Below, piece after piece: positions 22,490-41,098 of a stretch of 64,000 bases of DNA; the stretch's first letter is position 1; each line of letters starts with the position of its first letter. The position numbers were made by a program, and so were the translations under genes. Location of the stretch: contig NC_087247.1 of assembly GCF_037042905.1 (NCBI RefSeq), forward strand, positions 48,484,001-48,548,000, written 5' to 3'. Below the pieces are notes generated by a model, which was not told the origin of the DNA, did no database searches, and saw only the letters and a list, made by a program, of their open reading frames with translations. This DNA is from Lytechinus pictus (lineage: Eukaryota).

Positions 22490-24332
22490 GGAAACAAAAT
22501 TCTGTAATCTTCGGTCTGTAAGTAATCTGAAGTATGTATCAAAGCTTGTGGAAGGTGCTGCATATACGCAAATAATGAATCACCTTGACCGCAACTCTAT
22601 TCTTCCAATTAATCAGTCAGCCTACAGACAGTATCACAGTACTGAAACGACACTGTTAAGAATTAAGAGTGATATTCTCATGGCTATGGATGAGTCACCT
22701 TAAGTCACCTTATTACTTTTATTAGATCTTAGTAGCGCATTTGATACCATTGAACATACTAACCTATTGCATACATTAAACAAATACTTTGGTATTAAGG
22801 GTATAGTACTTGACTGGATAGAATCATATTTAACTGACAGATGTCAGCGGATCCAAATTGATGAAACTGTTTCTGAAAATTTCTCAGTACCTTTCGGAGT
22901 CCCGCAAGGGTCCCGTCTCGGCCCTCTACTGTTCACTTTATACACAAGTCAATCCATTACAAATATACATAGTATATTTCCTAAAGTATCTTGTCACTGC
23001 TACGCAGATGACACACAAGTCTATTTGTCTTTTACACCAGACTTGCTTGCTAAGCACCAGAGCATCTCTCTTCTAGAAAATTGTGTTGATTACATACGTG
23101 AATGGATGCTGCATAACCAGGGGCGGAAATCTCTCCAAAAAGGTAGGGGGGACATGGGGCTGGAAAATTTGACAAGAAAAAAAAAAAAAAAAGTTATCAC
23201 CTAAAATTTAAGGTCATCTCGACGAAAATAATTTTGACAAGCAAAAAAAAAAAAAGAAAAAAAAAGAAAGGTTATCATCCCAAAAGTAAGGTCATCTCGT
23301 CCTAAAATACATGTTTTATTTCGATTTTGAATGATGTATTTCTTACAATCATAAAATACCACAAATAGTAGGGGGGACATTTGATATTGTGTCCCCCCTA
23401 CTATTTTGAGTAGGGGGGACACGTCCCCCCCTGTCCCCCCTGGGATTTCCGCCCATGTGCATAACAAACTTATGCTAAATGACAGTAAAACAGAATTGCT
23501 AGTTATCGGTACATCTAAACAACTGAATAAGCTATATTTTGAGGGGATAACAGTTGGCAGTTCAGTCATAGAACCAAATTCTAATGTAAGAAATCTTGGA
23601 GTATTTTTTGACTCGCAATTGAATATGGAAGCACGTTACCAATGTGTGTAAATCTTCATTTCATAATGATATACAACCTCAGACGTATACGAAAATACTT
23701 TGACGATGAAAGCATGAAAACAATTGTCCATGCATGCATTATTAGTAAGGTAGATTATCGTAACAGTTTGCTGTATGGGCTTCCCTTGTCTCAAATCGAG
23801 CGTCTTCAGAGAGTACAGAACGCATGTGCACGGCTGATTTGTAGTCAATCTGTGTATTTTCAAGGATCTCCCCTGTCTTAAAAGATCTGCACTGGCTTCC
23901 AGTTCGCCAACGAATATCTTTCAAGATTTTGTCAATCGTATACAAGGTACTAAGTGGCCAAGCCCCCAGTTATATTTAGCTTTTACAAAGAAAAGTTCAC
24001 AGACACTCTCACAACCTGTATAGTTCTCATGATAATTTGCTCCTTCACATCCCCACTCATAATACAAAGATAAATTTGGGAGATCGTGCTTTTGCCTGTG
24101 CAGCCCCAAAATTATGGAATGGTTTTCCGTATGTAATAAGATCATGTTCATCAGTAGAAACGTTCAAACTTAAACTAAAAACCCATCTGTTCAAATAATT
24201 CCCATACATTTCTTCACCTCCTTTTCTAAATCTGTTCTCAAGCATTTCACTAGCTCTTAAATGCAGCGCAGTAGAATATATGCACATAGTTTCTGCGCTA
24301 TATTAATCAGTATATATTATTATTATTATTAT
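22490..24332 (+). mobile_element. 5'-truncated, decayed L2/CR1-group LINE (reverse transcriptase pseudogene)
   Basis: RT motifs QSAYRQYHSTET, LDLSSAFDT, GVPQGSRLGPLLF, YADDTQ, KLMLNDSKTE, RNLGVFFD, LQRVQNACARL and HWLP. Frameshifts/stops present. (ATT)n tail at ~24315-24332. Confidence 0.9.
23118..23457. mobile_element. hAT MITE inserted in the LINE RT
   Basis: CAGGGGCGGAAATC...GATTTCCGCCCATG with a perfect TSD TGCATAAC (23110-23117, 23458-23465). The RT reads WMLHN|KLMLN across it. Confidence 0.9.
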
Positions 24333-25864
24333 ATTTGACGTTTTTAGACGTGGTAAATTTAATAATCTGAGCAAGTTTATGTAATCATCGATAGGTATCT
24401 AAGTTAATCTAAGTTAACAATTCATGCGTGCACGAGCTGAAATTTTGATACACTGACTTTAAAAAAGGACCCGCTTAGGAATATTTGTAGTGACTCATAT
24501 ATGTGGAGAGTATTCCCACCAAATAATACGAGCGCGAAGCGCGAGCTGGAAATTTTTGACATTCCGACCTGAATAACTTGACATTCTATAGCACTTTTTG
24601 TAATCATTATCAGGATGAGTATCTAACTAAAAGATTGATGCAAGCGCGAAGCGCGAGCTGGCATTTTAATTATTTCAATACACTTACCTGAGAAGGGACC
24701 TGTTTCGGAGTGCTTGTAGTGACTCATATATAATATGTGTGTGGATTCATTATCACCAACCAGATAATGAGAGCGGGTATAAGTTTCCCCCAAGGCTGCC
24801 CCTCGCCCCGCTGCGTATGAGACCAAAAAAGTGCATTTTAAAGCACTTGTCATCTTTAACAGGTCGGTCGTCTAATGTGCGAGAGCGAATCACGAGCCCC
24901 CCAAAAATGTATTCCGACGTTAAAAACTGGACACGATTTTAATAAAGAACGAGATACGTACCATCTCAAACAATTATTGCGAGTGCAAAGCGCGGGGAGA
25001 AATTTTTGATATATACTGACCCCAGAGAGAGCGTGTTAGGCAGTAAGCACTGTTCAACATGTACAGTAAATCTGTTACTTTTTTAGATACGCATCCTGTT
25101 TTTAGATTATAGAAGCGCTTACAATATCTCTTTTTCAAGTTTGAATATGCAAAATTTTCGACAACCTCAGCTCGCGCTTCGCGCTCTTATTATACCAATT
25201 TCTTCATTTAATTAGCATCATTATTGTGAAGATCAAGATTAGAAATGGAATTACATCAACAAAACAAAGCAAATACGAATTAATATGGATAATGGAGAAA
25301 GTAAAGCCATTATACGGTGCTGCGCTTTTCAAGAGACATGCATGGGCGACCATTATCTTAGTTTTCAAGTAGTGAGAAATATAGGGGGAAATAGGGAAAA
25401 CATAGAAAAATGACTTTACTTTTAGTTCATCTTGCTCCCTGTCAAAACATCCTGCGACGCCCATGGTTATAATAATGAAAAGAAAAAATATCTTTAAAAG
25501 GGGATGAGAAAGGGAGAGTGATGTGCTTGATTATCTTTATGTTACACATCGACGAGATAAAAGGTATTTCATTTCATCGTTCATCAGACCCCATTAACGG
25601 TGTTTTAATTACGACATGATATGATAATGAAGAAATACTAACATTCTAATCATAGAGCAAAAATGGAAGAGGCATATACTTATTATAGGCATGGGAAAGG
25701 CTGGAAAACAAACCCTTTCATTATTGATTAGTGCGATATAGATAGTACTTTGTATATCCAGCCCTCGAAGGATGGAACTCGTTTAGTGGTCTCGGGGAAA
25801 GTGGTTTCTTTTATGATCGAATAATAGAAAACTAATCAATACTGAAGACTTCTGTTTATCCAAG

Positions 25865-28934
<3,070 letters not shown>

Positions 28935-30734
28935 ACAGCTAGTGATTATAAATTATACTCTGACATGTCAATTTTTTTTTTCAAACAAAACATCTATCGG
29001 TCCGAGAACACGCATTTTTTTTTCTGCGATGTGAATTTGGATAGGAATGACGTCTTATGGCTTTGTTACGAGTCAATGTGACTCTTTTTTCGAGTTACTT
29101 TGCCTTATCATTTAGTCGACTCCAAGTTTATTAAAAACACTTTTAGGAATGAAATATACACGGAATTGATTTGATTCCCTGCTGACATTTTTTATTGGTT
29201 AATTTGAAACTTTCTTATAATGATTTTCAGTACAGAGTAATAACCACCACCAAAAAACAAAAACAAAAATAAAACAACCAAGGTATATACGAGATCCAGA
29301 TCCATCCCTAAAAGTGTTTTCTATAAAAAAAAAAAATATTTGAAGAATATTTCAATAGGGTGCCCTTTCAGCAAAAGCTGGTATTAAAAGGGGCTCTAAA
29401 AGCATAAAAATAAAACAAGTATATACAAATGAAAAAAAATGTAAAAAAGTGATCGTACAGTATTCTCCACCTTTTTACATGTTATTAATCATGGTTTAAT
29501 CTAGATTTTGAGAGAAATTAAAAGTGCAGCAATATATGATTCTCCCTAACGCCTTTACAATATCTGGTATGCGAAAAATTTTATCATTAAGCACTATTTG
29601 AATCTAAACTCTTCAATTAGTTCTTGAAGTATGAAAGGATATCTGCGGAACATAAAAACGTCCTTTCTGAAATTTGTGTTTTTATGAGCTCCTCCAGTGA
29701 AGGTAACTTTTGACAAAATTACAACGAAGTTATAAAAATCCTTGTAATTGCATTAATTTTTTTTCGTTGAATTCAGTTTAGTGTTAAAAAAGGAAATGTT
29801 AAATCATCATTCGACAGGTTACCGGAATGAAACATTTTCTACATGTTGCATTTACCACTTTGAATGGTTCGACCCAACATTTAAAATGTTGGATTCAGCT
29901 TTCTGCAAGTATGGATATAACATTTAGAAAAGATTGTCACTCCTTCAACCTTTCAAATGTTGATTTAACACTTCATTTTTTTAAATCGTAATTTCGACAC
30001 GTACAAAACAATAATTTGTACAATACAAAAAGGTTAACCATTGCATAAAAAGTACATTAATGACCTTCTGGAAAAAAAAAGTCAAGACAGCAGTAATATA
30101 CATCGTTATCATAGTATTACGTTAAGGACTTGTCATCATGGTTATGTTTAGATTTAGATTTATTTATTTCCGTTCAACAAAATAAACAAAAATAATCGAA
30201 GTAACAGTACATATTCAAAATAATACAGACAGTTCAATGCCATTTGATAACAAATGTTAAAGATAAATTAACTGAACGGAGGGACTATTTTGTTGTTTAT
30301 ATTGAAACATATATGTAAATATTGTTAATTGTCATATTCTGCCAAATAAAGTTATCCTTCAAAATATGACCTTTGCTAACGTTTCCGTATTTCTACTTTT
30401 TCATGGTCTTGTCACTATACATGTAGCTATATTATACATTGCGAATAAGCCTCACAGTAATGTAATAATATATTACTGAACTCTTACAAAATGGAAAATC
30501 ATGAAAACTTACCATTTGCGCGATTTGGTCTTCCTAGTCAAACCCGACTGTAACTCCCGTAGGTCTAATCGATTAATACTTTTTAAAGAGATGTCAGAAT
30601 AAAGCATCAATAGTTAAATCGAAATGCAAATAAATCGAAAGCGCAAGGAAAGAAATCAATCATTTGAATTTGAAGATACGTTGAGTTGGGTTTGTGGTTT
30701 TGATATTTTCACATATGATCTATGCTTCTTCAAA

Positions 30735-32923
<2,189 letters not shown>

Positions 32924-33149
32924 ATACAACAACCTGGATGAACTTTACGACAATAATGATAATTTTCTCTCTTAACCATTTTGAGCTGGAAATAATGAAG
33001 CAATTATTTTGAGAGGGAATTACTTTTTGACAGGTCCACTATTTGGAGATATTTGCGAGTAAGCGAGAGATCACAAAATTCAGATCAAGTTTAATTTCTG
33101 ATAATTTTTATTAATTTTCAATTATAATGATACAAATAATGATGATAAC

Positions 33150-33441
33150 AATAATAAATAAATAATAATAATAATAACGGTATATTTACCCAGGGTAGCC
33201 ACTTCAGTTCCGAAAACTGTTCTCCCAGCGGGCCCTGCTTTTATTATTACCCCGGCTAAGTTAGGCTACCTATTCAGGTGCACACAGCTTTTTGTGCCGG
33301 TACCCATTTACCTCACCTGGGTCGAGTGCTGCACAATGTGGATGAATTCCTTGCTGAAGGAAACTACGCCATGGCTGGGATTTGAACCCAAGACCCTCTG
33401 TTTCAAAGTCTAGAGACTAATCCACTGGGCCACGACACTCC
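33150..33441 (-). mobile_element. Full-length tRNA-derived SINE (sea-urchin SURF/SINE2-like)
   Basis: On the - strand: A-box TGGCCCAGTGG, B-box GGTTCAAATCC, core TTCCTTCAGCAAGGAATT...GACCCAGGTGAGGTAAATGGGTACC and an (ATT)n tail. Confidence 0.8.
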
Positions 33442-35149
33442 ACTATATATCACTGGTTTTCAATTCCTAGGCATATATAGTTTTAATTAATAATGTTATC
33501 ATAACTATCAATTTTAATTCTCGATAGGGACAACCTTATCCCCTACTTATTTAATGTTAGGAAAATTTTAAGTCCAGTGCTTTCAATGTTATTACTTATA
33601 TTTGAATCATTATCTTCAATGATTGAAATACTATAGCTGCTCTGTAAAGTTGATTGTAACGATATTCTGAAAAATGGAAAATGCATGAAAGTCTTAGTAG
33701 TTTCAGTAGATAATGAATGCTTTTGTACAAAGGTAATTATATATTTTATAAAACTGAAAACTGAAATATATATTTGTAAATTGTATGTACATTCCTTACC
33801 TGGTAGAACTGTTACAAGTAGGAATCAGAGAAAAGAGAAAGTTAATTTTTGGAGAGTCAGAGTAAGAGAAATTAAGAAATAGGATGGAAGAGACAGAGAG
33901 GCCCCCCCCCAAAAAAAAAACGGTGAAAGACAGATAGAGAGAGAAACAGAGATTAGAAGATAGAGAGAGAGGGGGAGTGAAAGAGAGAGAGATAGATAGA
34001 TAAAGAGTATTAGGGGAGGGTGGGATAGTGCATGGGAAAATAATCGAGAATGAAAATGACAGGAGAGTTAAAAAAAACGAATAACGATAGAAGACGACCA
34101 TAATATACGATTTAATCAGGCTTCCAAAGATCTTTAATACTAAACTAATTCTTCTATAAAGCCTTGATGAAAAAAAAAGGTTTATACGAATATAAGATTG
34201 TAAAGTGATTTTACCAGGATATAATTGTTCTAATTTCATGAAACACGTCTGTATTTTACGAAAAATCACATACAAACAAATTAATATTAATACAGGCACA
34301 AATGCATCACATTTCCTTCAACACTCGTATTAATAATCAATTCCTTTTGACATCTCCTGTTGGTAATCATACCCTTCCTCTCGAATAAACCAATCAATAT
34401 TACAATAACTGAATAATAGAAATCGATTGGGGCAAAACGCTTTCTTCTATCTGGCTTCGAGGGGGAGTTCCTGTGAAGGTATAGGGATGGGTGTACCAGG
34501 TGTGTGTTGGTACAAAAGGAAAGCTGGTACGGAGAGGAAGAAAATACAATTTTTGAGAGGTGTCACTCCTATACAGAATAGTGAATTTTTAACCCCTGAG
34601 AAATATTCAAAATAAAGTTCAAAACGCAAGTTTCTGATGCATGAAGATGGGTGTTTCGAAAATCAAATTTAGGACTGAAATGTTTTTATTGTGGAAGCGT
34701 CGTTGTGGTGTAGCGGTTCTGAATCCCTCCTTGCAATTCTCAATTTTGGAGAAAAAAAACTTTTTCATTAAGAAAATTATATATTACAATGTTAACGTTT
34801 AATATGTGCCCGGATTCTAAGGTACTACCGGAATAATTGACAAATTAATTAAAATCAGATTCTTTGTAGTATGAAACATATTGCATGAAAAGATGTCTGT
34901 ACGGCACACATTAAGGATAATCGGTTGACAACTTACGTCCTCCTTCCAATTCTCACTAACAATGAGTCTTTTAAAACAGTTTTTATGTTTAAATTTTGAT
35001 CTTTTGTATTCAATTCGATTCAATTCTAACATGAGTCGCAACGAAATGGTTAAATATTGGTCATGACATTGTATACTAACAATTCATTATATATTTCAAA
35101 CATTAAAAATAACAGCAACATTTGTAAATATGGAGATAAGTAATATGTA

Positions 35150-35339
35150 CACTCTTTAAATCTTTGGCAACATACTGTCCACGCAACAATTGGTTAAAGA
35201 ATGTATCCAAGTAGTTTTCAACTAATACTGTGTAGTTTACACCCAAAGCACACATTATTGGTTTAAAACTACCCAAAATTGGATAAAGTTTTAACCAATA
35301 ATTGCGTGGACAATATGTTGCCTAACATTTTTAAGAGTG
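35150..35339. mobile_element. CACT-ended palindromic MITE (CMC/EnSpm-like)
   Basis: CACTCTTTAAA...GGCAACATACTGTCCACGCAA / TTGCGTGGACAATATGTTGCC...TTAAGAGTG. A related copy lies at ~56594-56800. Confidence 0.65.
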
Positions 35340-36561
35340 TACTTCGTAAGGCAAGTTTACTTTGTAAATCAAAATAAATATATGAAAGGAAATAATTAAG
35401 GGGTAAAATGTATACAATAAAAACAAAAAAGTTAGTTGAAAAAGATCAATGAATAAAAATGAATAAATTGTCCAACTTTGTCGTATCTGAAAATTCTCAC
35501 AGCATTTATGCTGCATTATTCCATTGTTTGTGTTTTTTTTTCGATAAAAAAAAGTAATAAAAACATCAAATGCAATCAATATGGTTATTTTTATATGATT
35601 TGCCCAACAAATCTGTAAAGGGCAAAAGCGCAAAACGAATACAAAAAATAAACAATAATGTGACTCATAAATCCATGATTCAACTTCATACTCGAGTAAT
35701 TTATTTTCACATCTCTTAAGTACAAATAAATAATGCATCAAGAATAACATAGCATAGTCTAAAATAATAAAACGTGTTTTTAAGAATACATAAAGCAACC
35801 ATGTTTCTGTAAGGCAATATTAAAATGTATATTTTTATTTCTTAGTAGTTGTTTTGCACATTGAGTAGTGACAGTGAAATTGATAAGCAGGAAAAAGGAG
35901 TTGCAACCATAGGGAAGGTAGAACACAAGAGATAAAGGAATAGGAGGAGAGGGAGGGAGAGAGGAGAGAGAGGAGAGGGAGAGAGAGAGAGAGAGAGAGG
36001 AGGGATGCGTGAAAATGTAGGGAATGGTAAGATAACAAGGAGACACAGCATAAACACAATCAAATATGTCAGAGGGGGAGGGGTAAGGTTAAAGTTAATA
36101 CACAACATGGGTGTTTGCTCGAGATGTTTCTATTCTTCGATTTGGAGAATGGGCGTATAGATATTCATTCATCTTCCTACAGTAAAGACGAGCCACCCCA
36201 CGGCGATAATCAATAATGCTACAGAGACACACCAAGGATCTGGCTCAAAATCACCCGATGATGTACCATTCGAAAGAACGAAATAATATCAATCGGTTTG
36301 GAGTCGGTTTCATTGATGTGACTGTAGCATATAAAGAAAGTTTTGAGTCTCAAACAAGAAGGAGCAGGAAGGTGTTCCTAAACGGTCATCCAGCCTCCTT
36401 AGCGATGGAAGTTATTCAAAGCCCATCCTCATTTCAGATGTCAGGGGTTTGACATTGAGAGTCCGACTTTGTGAATTATTTTCGTTCTGTTTCATCTTCA
36501 TGATCAAACACTTTATGGATATCTTCATCTTAATTGGATTATTATTCATAGAATAAACACA

Positions 36562-37372
36562 ATGGCATCAAATGGAAGGATATTGATCACCTTTTCTTCA
36601 TTCATTTTCATTCTCCATTTGACGAGGAAAGCTGATGGTTGGGGAGCTGTGAGTTTCAATGATATTTTTGATTGACTAGATGACAATAAGATTTACTCTC
36701 TAAAAATGAACATTAATATCCTCTCTATAAAAAAAAGGACATTAAAAACTTCTCTGTAAAAATAATGAAATCTAATTCAGTTTTCATTGAATAATTTTTT
36801 TTTCTTTAATATCCTTTCACAAAAAAGGGAAATAGCAATCGGCTGTCGTTGAAGTGACAACTTGCATTATTTTACCCCAAAAAAGAAGAAAATAACCCCA
36901 CCTTCGAAGTACATGGTTTTCTAAATAAATCATCATTCTGATTAAGAATAACCGGGTATGACAAAAATCAATGAATAAAAAACAAGACGTCAGATATCAT
37001 CCTTACGCATCCCTCGACAAATCACCGGAATTAATGTTTTTTTCTGTGCTTATATTTTTGACAGTCTTGTTCTCAGGGACCACCGGGACCACCTGGGCCT
37101 CCAGGACCATCTGGACCTGCAGGTAGTCCTGGCGATGGGGAACTCCTGGAATATAACAACTGGAAACAGTGTGCCTGGTACTCCGCTAATGGCAATGACT
37201 ATGACACTATCTATGTGAGTATAGCTAGTCTTTCATGATTAAGTCTATCAATTACATATAATGAAAACTGAATATTTGTTTTCAAACAGTTTTTTAACAA
37301 ATTGAATATTGCAGCATCATTGTATATCATAAATGAGCTGCCTTACTGCTAACTATGGAGATTTGCATCATC

Positions 37373-37404
<32 letters not shown>

Positions 37405-39564
37405 GTAATTTCCTCATAATCATGGCATATTCCTCCCACTATTTTTAAGACAATAGACAACGAACTTGAAAGACTTCGATTATAAACAAACGCAACTAAA
37501 CGATGAAGAATTACTTTTAGATTCGTATTGAAATAAAAAATAATAATCGCCTTTCCACAGTCCAGTAGTATAACCTTTCTTCTCTGTATTTTCGTTGTTT
37601 GTATGTAGAAAAATAAAAACTTTCTACTTTCAGGAGACCAAAATGAGACGGATTATTGTATGTCAAGAGTCAGGGAGCTTAAAAGTAGACATACCATAGA
37701 TGCCGATATAATCAGGATAAAAAGTAGAGACAATGAGTTAAAAAGGAAGTAGTATGAGAAAAGATCAAAGATCTCGTCAAGTCGACTTGGTCGAGACGAG
37801 AAAAACAAAAACTCCGATCTCACCAAGTTGACTTCGTTGGCACAACATGACGATGAGGAGCCAACCTTCCAAAAACAAGGTGATAGGACAAAAACACAAA
37901 AGACCATAAGTAGTGGCGTGGCCCTGCATGGGTAGCGGGGTGCTTTTTCTTTGAGGGTGCAGAAATGTTTACAAGCAAAATGACCTATATTTTGAAGTAA
38001 AAGGCTATTTTGGGGGGGGGGGAGGGTGTCAAATTTATTGAGACTGAAATAACCATAATTGTAATTGGTGAAAACCAACCTTTTTTTGGCTTGTCAAATC
38101 AACATCAGCACCCCCAGTAAAAATATCGTTTCCAGGGCCCTGTGTAGTGAAAGAGGTCTGGGTTCTAGTCTCCCAGGATTCTTTGACCGTTCACATATTT
38201 TTTGTCCCAAATTATCTCGTCATCAATGCTTTGTTTAGTCTCTGTAGAGTTAGTTTCCTGGCATATCTGACTATCTATTATCTGATAAAATCCTGTCGTT
38301 CCATAACATTTCATTTCATCACGTCATTCAAACTTACAGACTTGTACTTTCACGAAGAGACAGAGTGACTCTGCTCTCTGGGTCTACTATGGTGGAAACA
38401 TTCGTCTTTATGGATGTAGTGGATGCTGTAAAAGATGGTATTTTACTTTCAATGATAATGAATGTTCACCTACACCTATTGATGGTGTGGTATACCAAAC
38501 CAATACTGACTACATGAATCTGCACAGGCACAGAAGCATTTCAGGTAAAAACCATTATTACTAACCCCAACATGACTAATAAGTTCGTAGACTAAAGTAT
38601 CCAATATCTTTTGTTGATAAAATGATTTTTAAAGTGAGTTGAATTGAAAATGAAATGTGATTGAGTAAGCACAAGACACAATTTTCAATGTCCCTTTTTT
38701 TTAGAGAAAAAAAATTATTGGGACCATAATTGTAAACAGAGTGATAATTGATTTATTGATTACTCTTATTTTAAAGAGAAAAGGGGCGTACATCATTAAT
38801 ATTGAGAGTTGTTGAATTACACGATCTCTTGATAGGTTGACTATAAGTCCATGCGATGCATTATCTTTATACTTTTTTAAGGAAACGTCACTGAAACATT
38901 GCCAGTTTGTAATCTACATTTCCATTAAATATAAATTTTCATATTTCTACATAGCATTTCCACTTTTATCTATTATTTTCATAGTCATAATTACCAGTTA
39001 CCATAATTACCTTTTTGATAAACAAATACATTTTTTCAATATTCTAATACATATTAAAAATACCCACAGACATATACTGTACTGCCAACACGAAAGAATC
39101 AAGCTAATAATCAATAATTACAAAAATTACTTACTTTTGTTTTCTTACCCTCATTTAAGTTCATTTATTGTTCAAATTATATACGATTGAAAAAAGGTAC
39201 TTCAATGTTACGACTACTTATTTCGCTGGTTTTTATCATTGTTAATTCATACAATTTTGAACATATTTGTAGACCAATGTTAAGATCATATTGAATAACA
39301 TATCCCAAGAAATGTCAACTAATATGTTGTTGTTTTCATTTCATTTACAAATGCAACATAATGATTTTACTGTAAGACATCCATTTATTTAACAATTTCA
39401 CTCCAAACTTAGGATACTGCCACACGGTCGGAGCTGGATCAGTCAATGTGAAATTTTTGGTAGGAGACTGCCCGGGATATGGGAACTATGATGCTTACAC
39501 AGGGTGGAACAGCGCATCACGAATCATCATCAAGGAGGTCCCTAAATCATCATATGGATACTAG
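36562..39564 (+). CDS. CTHRC1: CTHRC1-like protein B1 (~197 aa)
   Basis: Exons 36562-36648 (MASNGRILITFSSFIFILHLTRKADGWGA), 37065-37214 (SCSQGPPGPPGPPGPSGPAGSPGDGELLEYNNWKQCAW...), 38340-38544 and 39413-39564 (...[22 protein letters not shown]). Intact. Confidence 0.9.
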
Positions 39565-41098
39565 CTTGATCAATAAACTTGACAATGAACTCGCAGAAAT
39601 GGACCAACAGTGTTACAACTACCGAAAGTCAGATCATGTTCCCATTCATGGTTTCTTTTCAGCCTGTTCTAGGATGTAAAATGTGGAAAGATTGTTTGTG
39701 CTCCAACATGCTACTTCTCAACTTATTCTACATATTAAATCCGGAAGGTTTTTATTATATAAAAACTGACAATATCGCTGATCCGCGAATCACTAGATAT
39801 CATGACCGATGACAATTTTGTTTCTTAATTCCGGATTAATGCATTTCGAAATCACGAATCGTTTATCAATGTCCGTAGCATAATGAATCCGCAGGAAAAC
39901 TTACTACAAAGGTAGGAAATATCAAAGTTCCTGATCATCCCACCGCTGCCACTGTTTTGGCAGTACGCGTTCGTAGAACGGATGAATAAAGAAATTTCAA
40001 CATATTTAGTCAAATTTTCAATTTACAAACAGAATTGTAAATTTGGCATTGTTTTAAAGCGATATTCAATTAACGTCAATGATATCTACTTCAGATGTGG
40101 ACATATTGATTGGTGATTTTCTGGTTAATCCAACGTTGATATGATTGACGTTTTTCAGAATTACATGCTGAGTTATGACTCATTCTGATATTATCAGATT
40201 GTCAGATTTATTTCAAACTTCTAGGAAATTGTTTTCCCGAATAGATTTTAGATTACATTGATTAGTTTTCAATCTTTTCATCGTAATAGCAAATAAATCG
40301 TTAGTTTTTGTTGGTTATTAACTAGTTCTTACCTCTTTTCTGTTATCTCGTTACGCCTGTGTGTTGACTATTAGTAGTATACCGATTTTGTTTAATTATT
40401 CTTATTTTATGAATCACTTTATAGAATTGAAGAACAAACAAGGTTTTCATAAATAAATGGGGACAGAGGGAGAGAGAGCAAGAGGGGGTGGAAGGCGGGA
40501 AAAGAGAGAGGGGAAGAAGTGGGATGGGTGAGGGAAGAGAATGGAAGAGACATTGGAAAATAAGCTTTTGTGCATGAAGGGTAAAAAAAGGGAATTACAG
40601 TCGATCTACTGGGAAAATCATAGACAAACTCAAATTCTATTCCTGAAAAATGTATGTATGAAAGTAAATGAGCACACAGAGAAGAAAAAACATAAACAGA
40701 TATTAAGGCAATGAAAAGGGGTTGAATGCATGCCAAGTGAGTTATTTTACAGCGGTCTTCTTTTGTGTGTGTGTACGATTTTAGAACTTGAAAAAAAGGT
40801 TTGATCAATATTGTTTATTTCTCAACTTTTTGGATGTACCCCACGCAAGGATGGTAATAAGCTAACCATTGAATAAATCGATAATGCTTGGACTCTCCCA
40901 GAAAAAGATTTTGGTACTTTTTCATCTCCTGACACATCTTCAAGGACGGGGATGAGTGACGTTTCCATAAAAATATCAAATTCAGATTGTTTTGGTTTGG
41001 TTGACTAATATTTCAATCCTCGTATTTATTAATCGTGATCACCGAGAGCTATTTCGTGAAAACGTCAGTGTTCATTTTGGAATATTAAATGGATTAAG

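Noticed and set aside
33330-33441. tRNA-like A and B boxes
   Set aside because: This is the head of a SINE with core and (ATT)n tail, not a complete cloverleaf tRNA gene.
35005-35120. Segment resembling intron 1 of B3/B4, a possible relic of another paralogue
   Set aside because: No exon remnants nearby; it looks like a dispersed retroelement tail.
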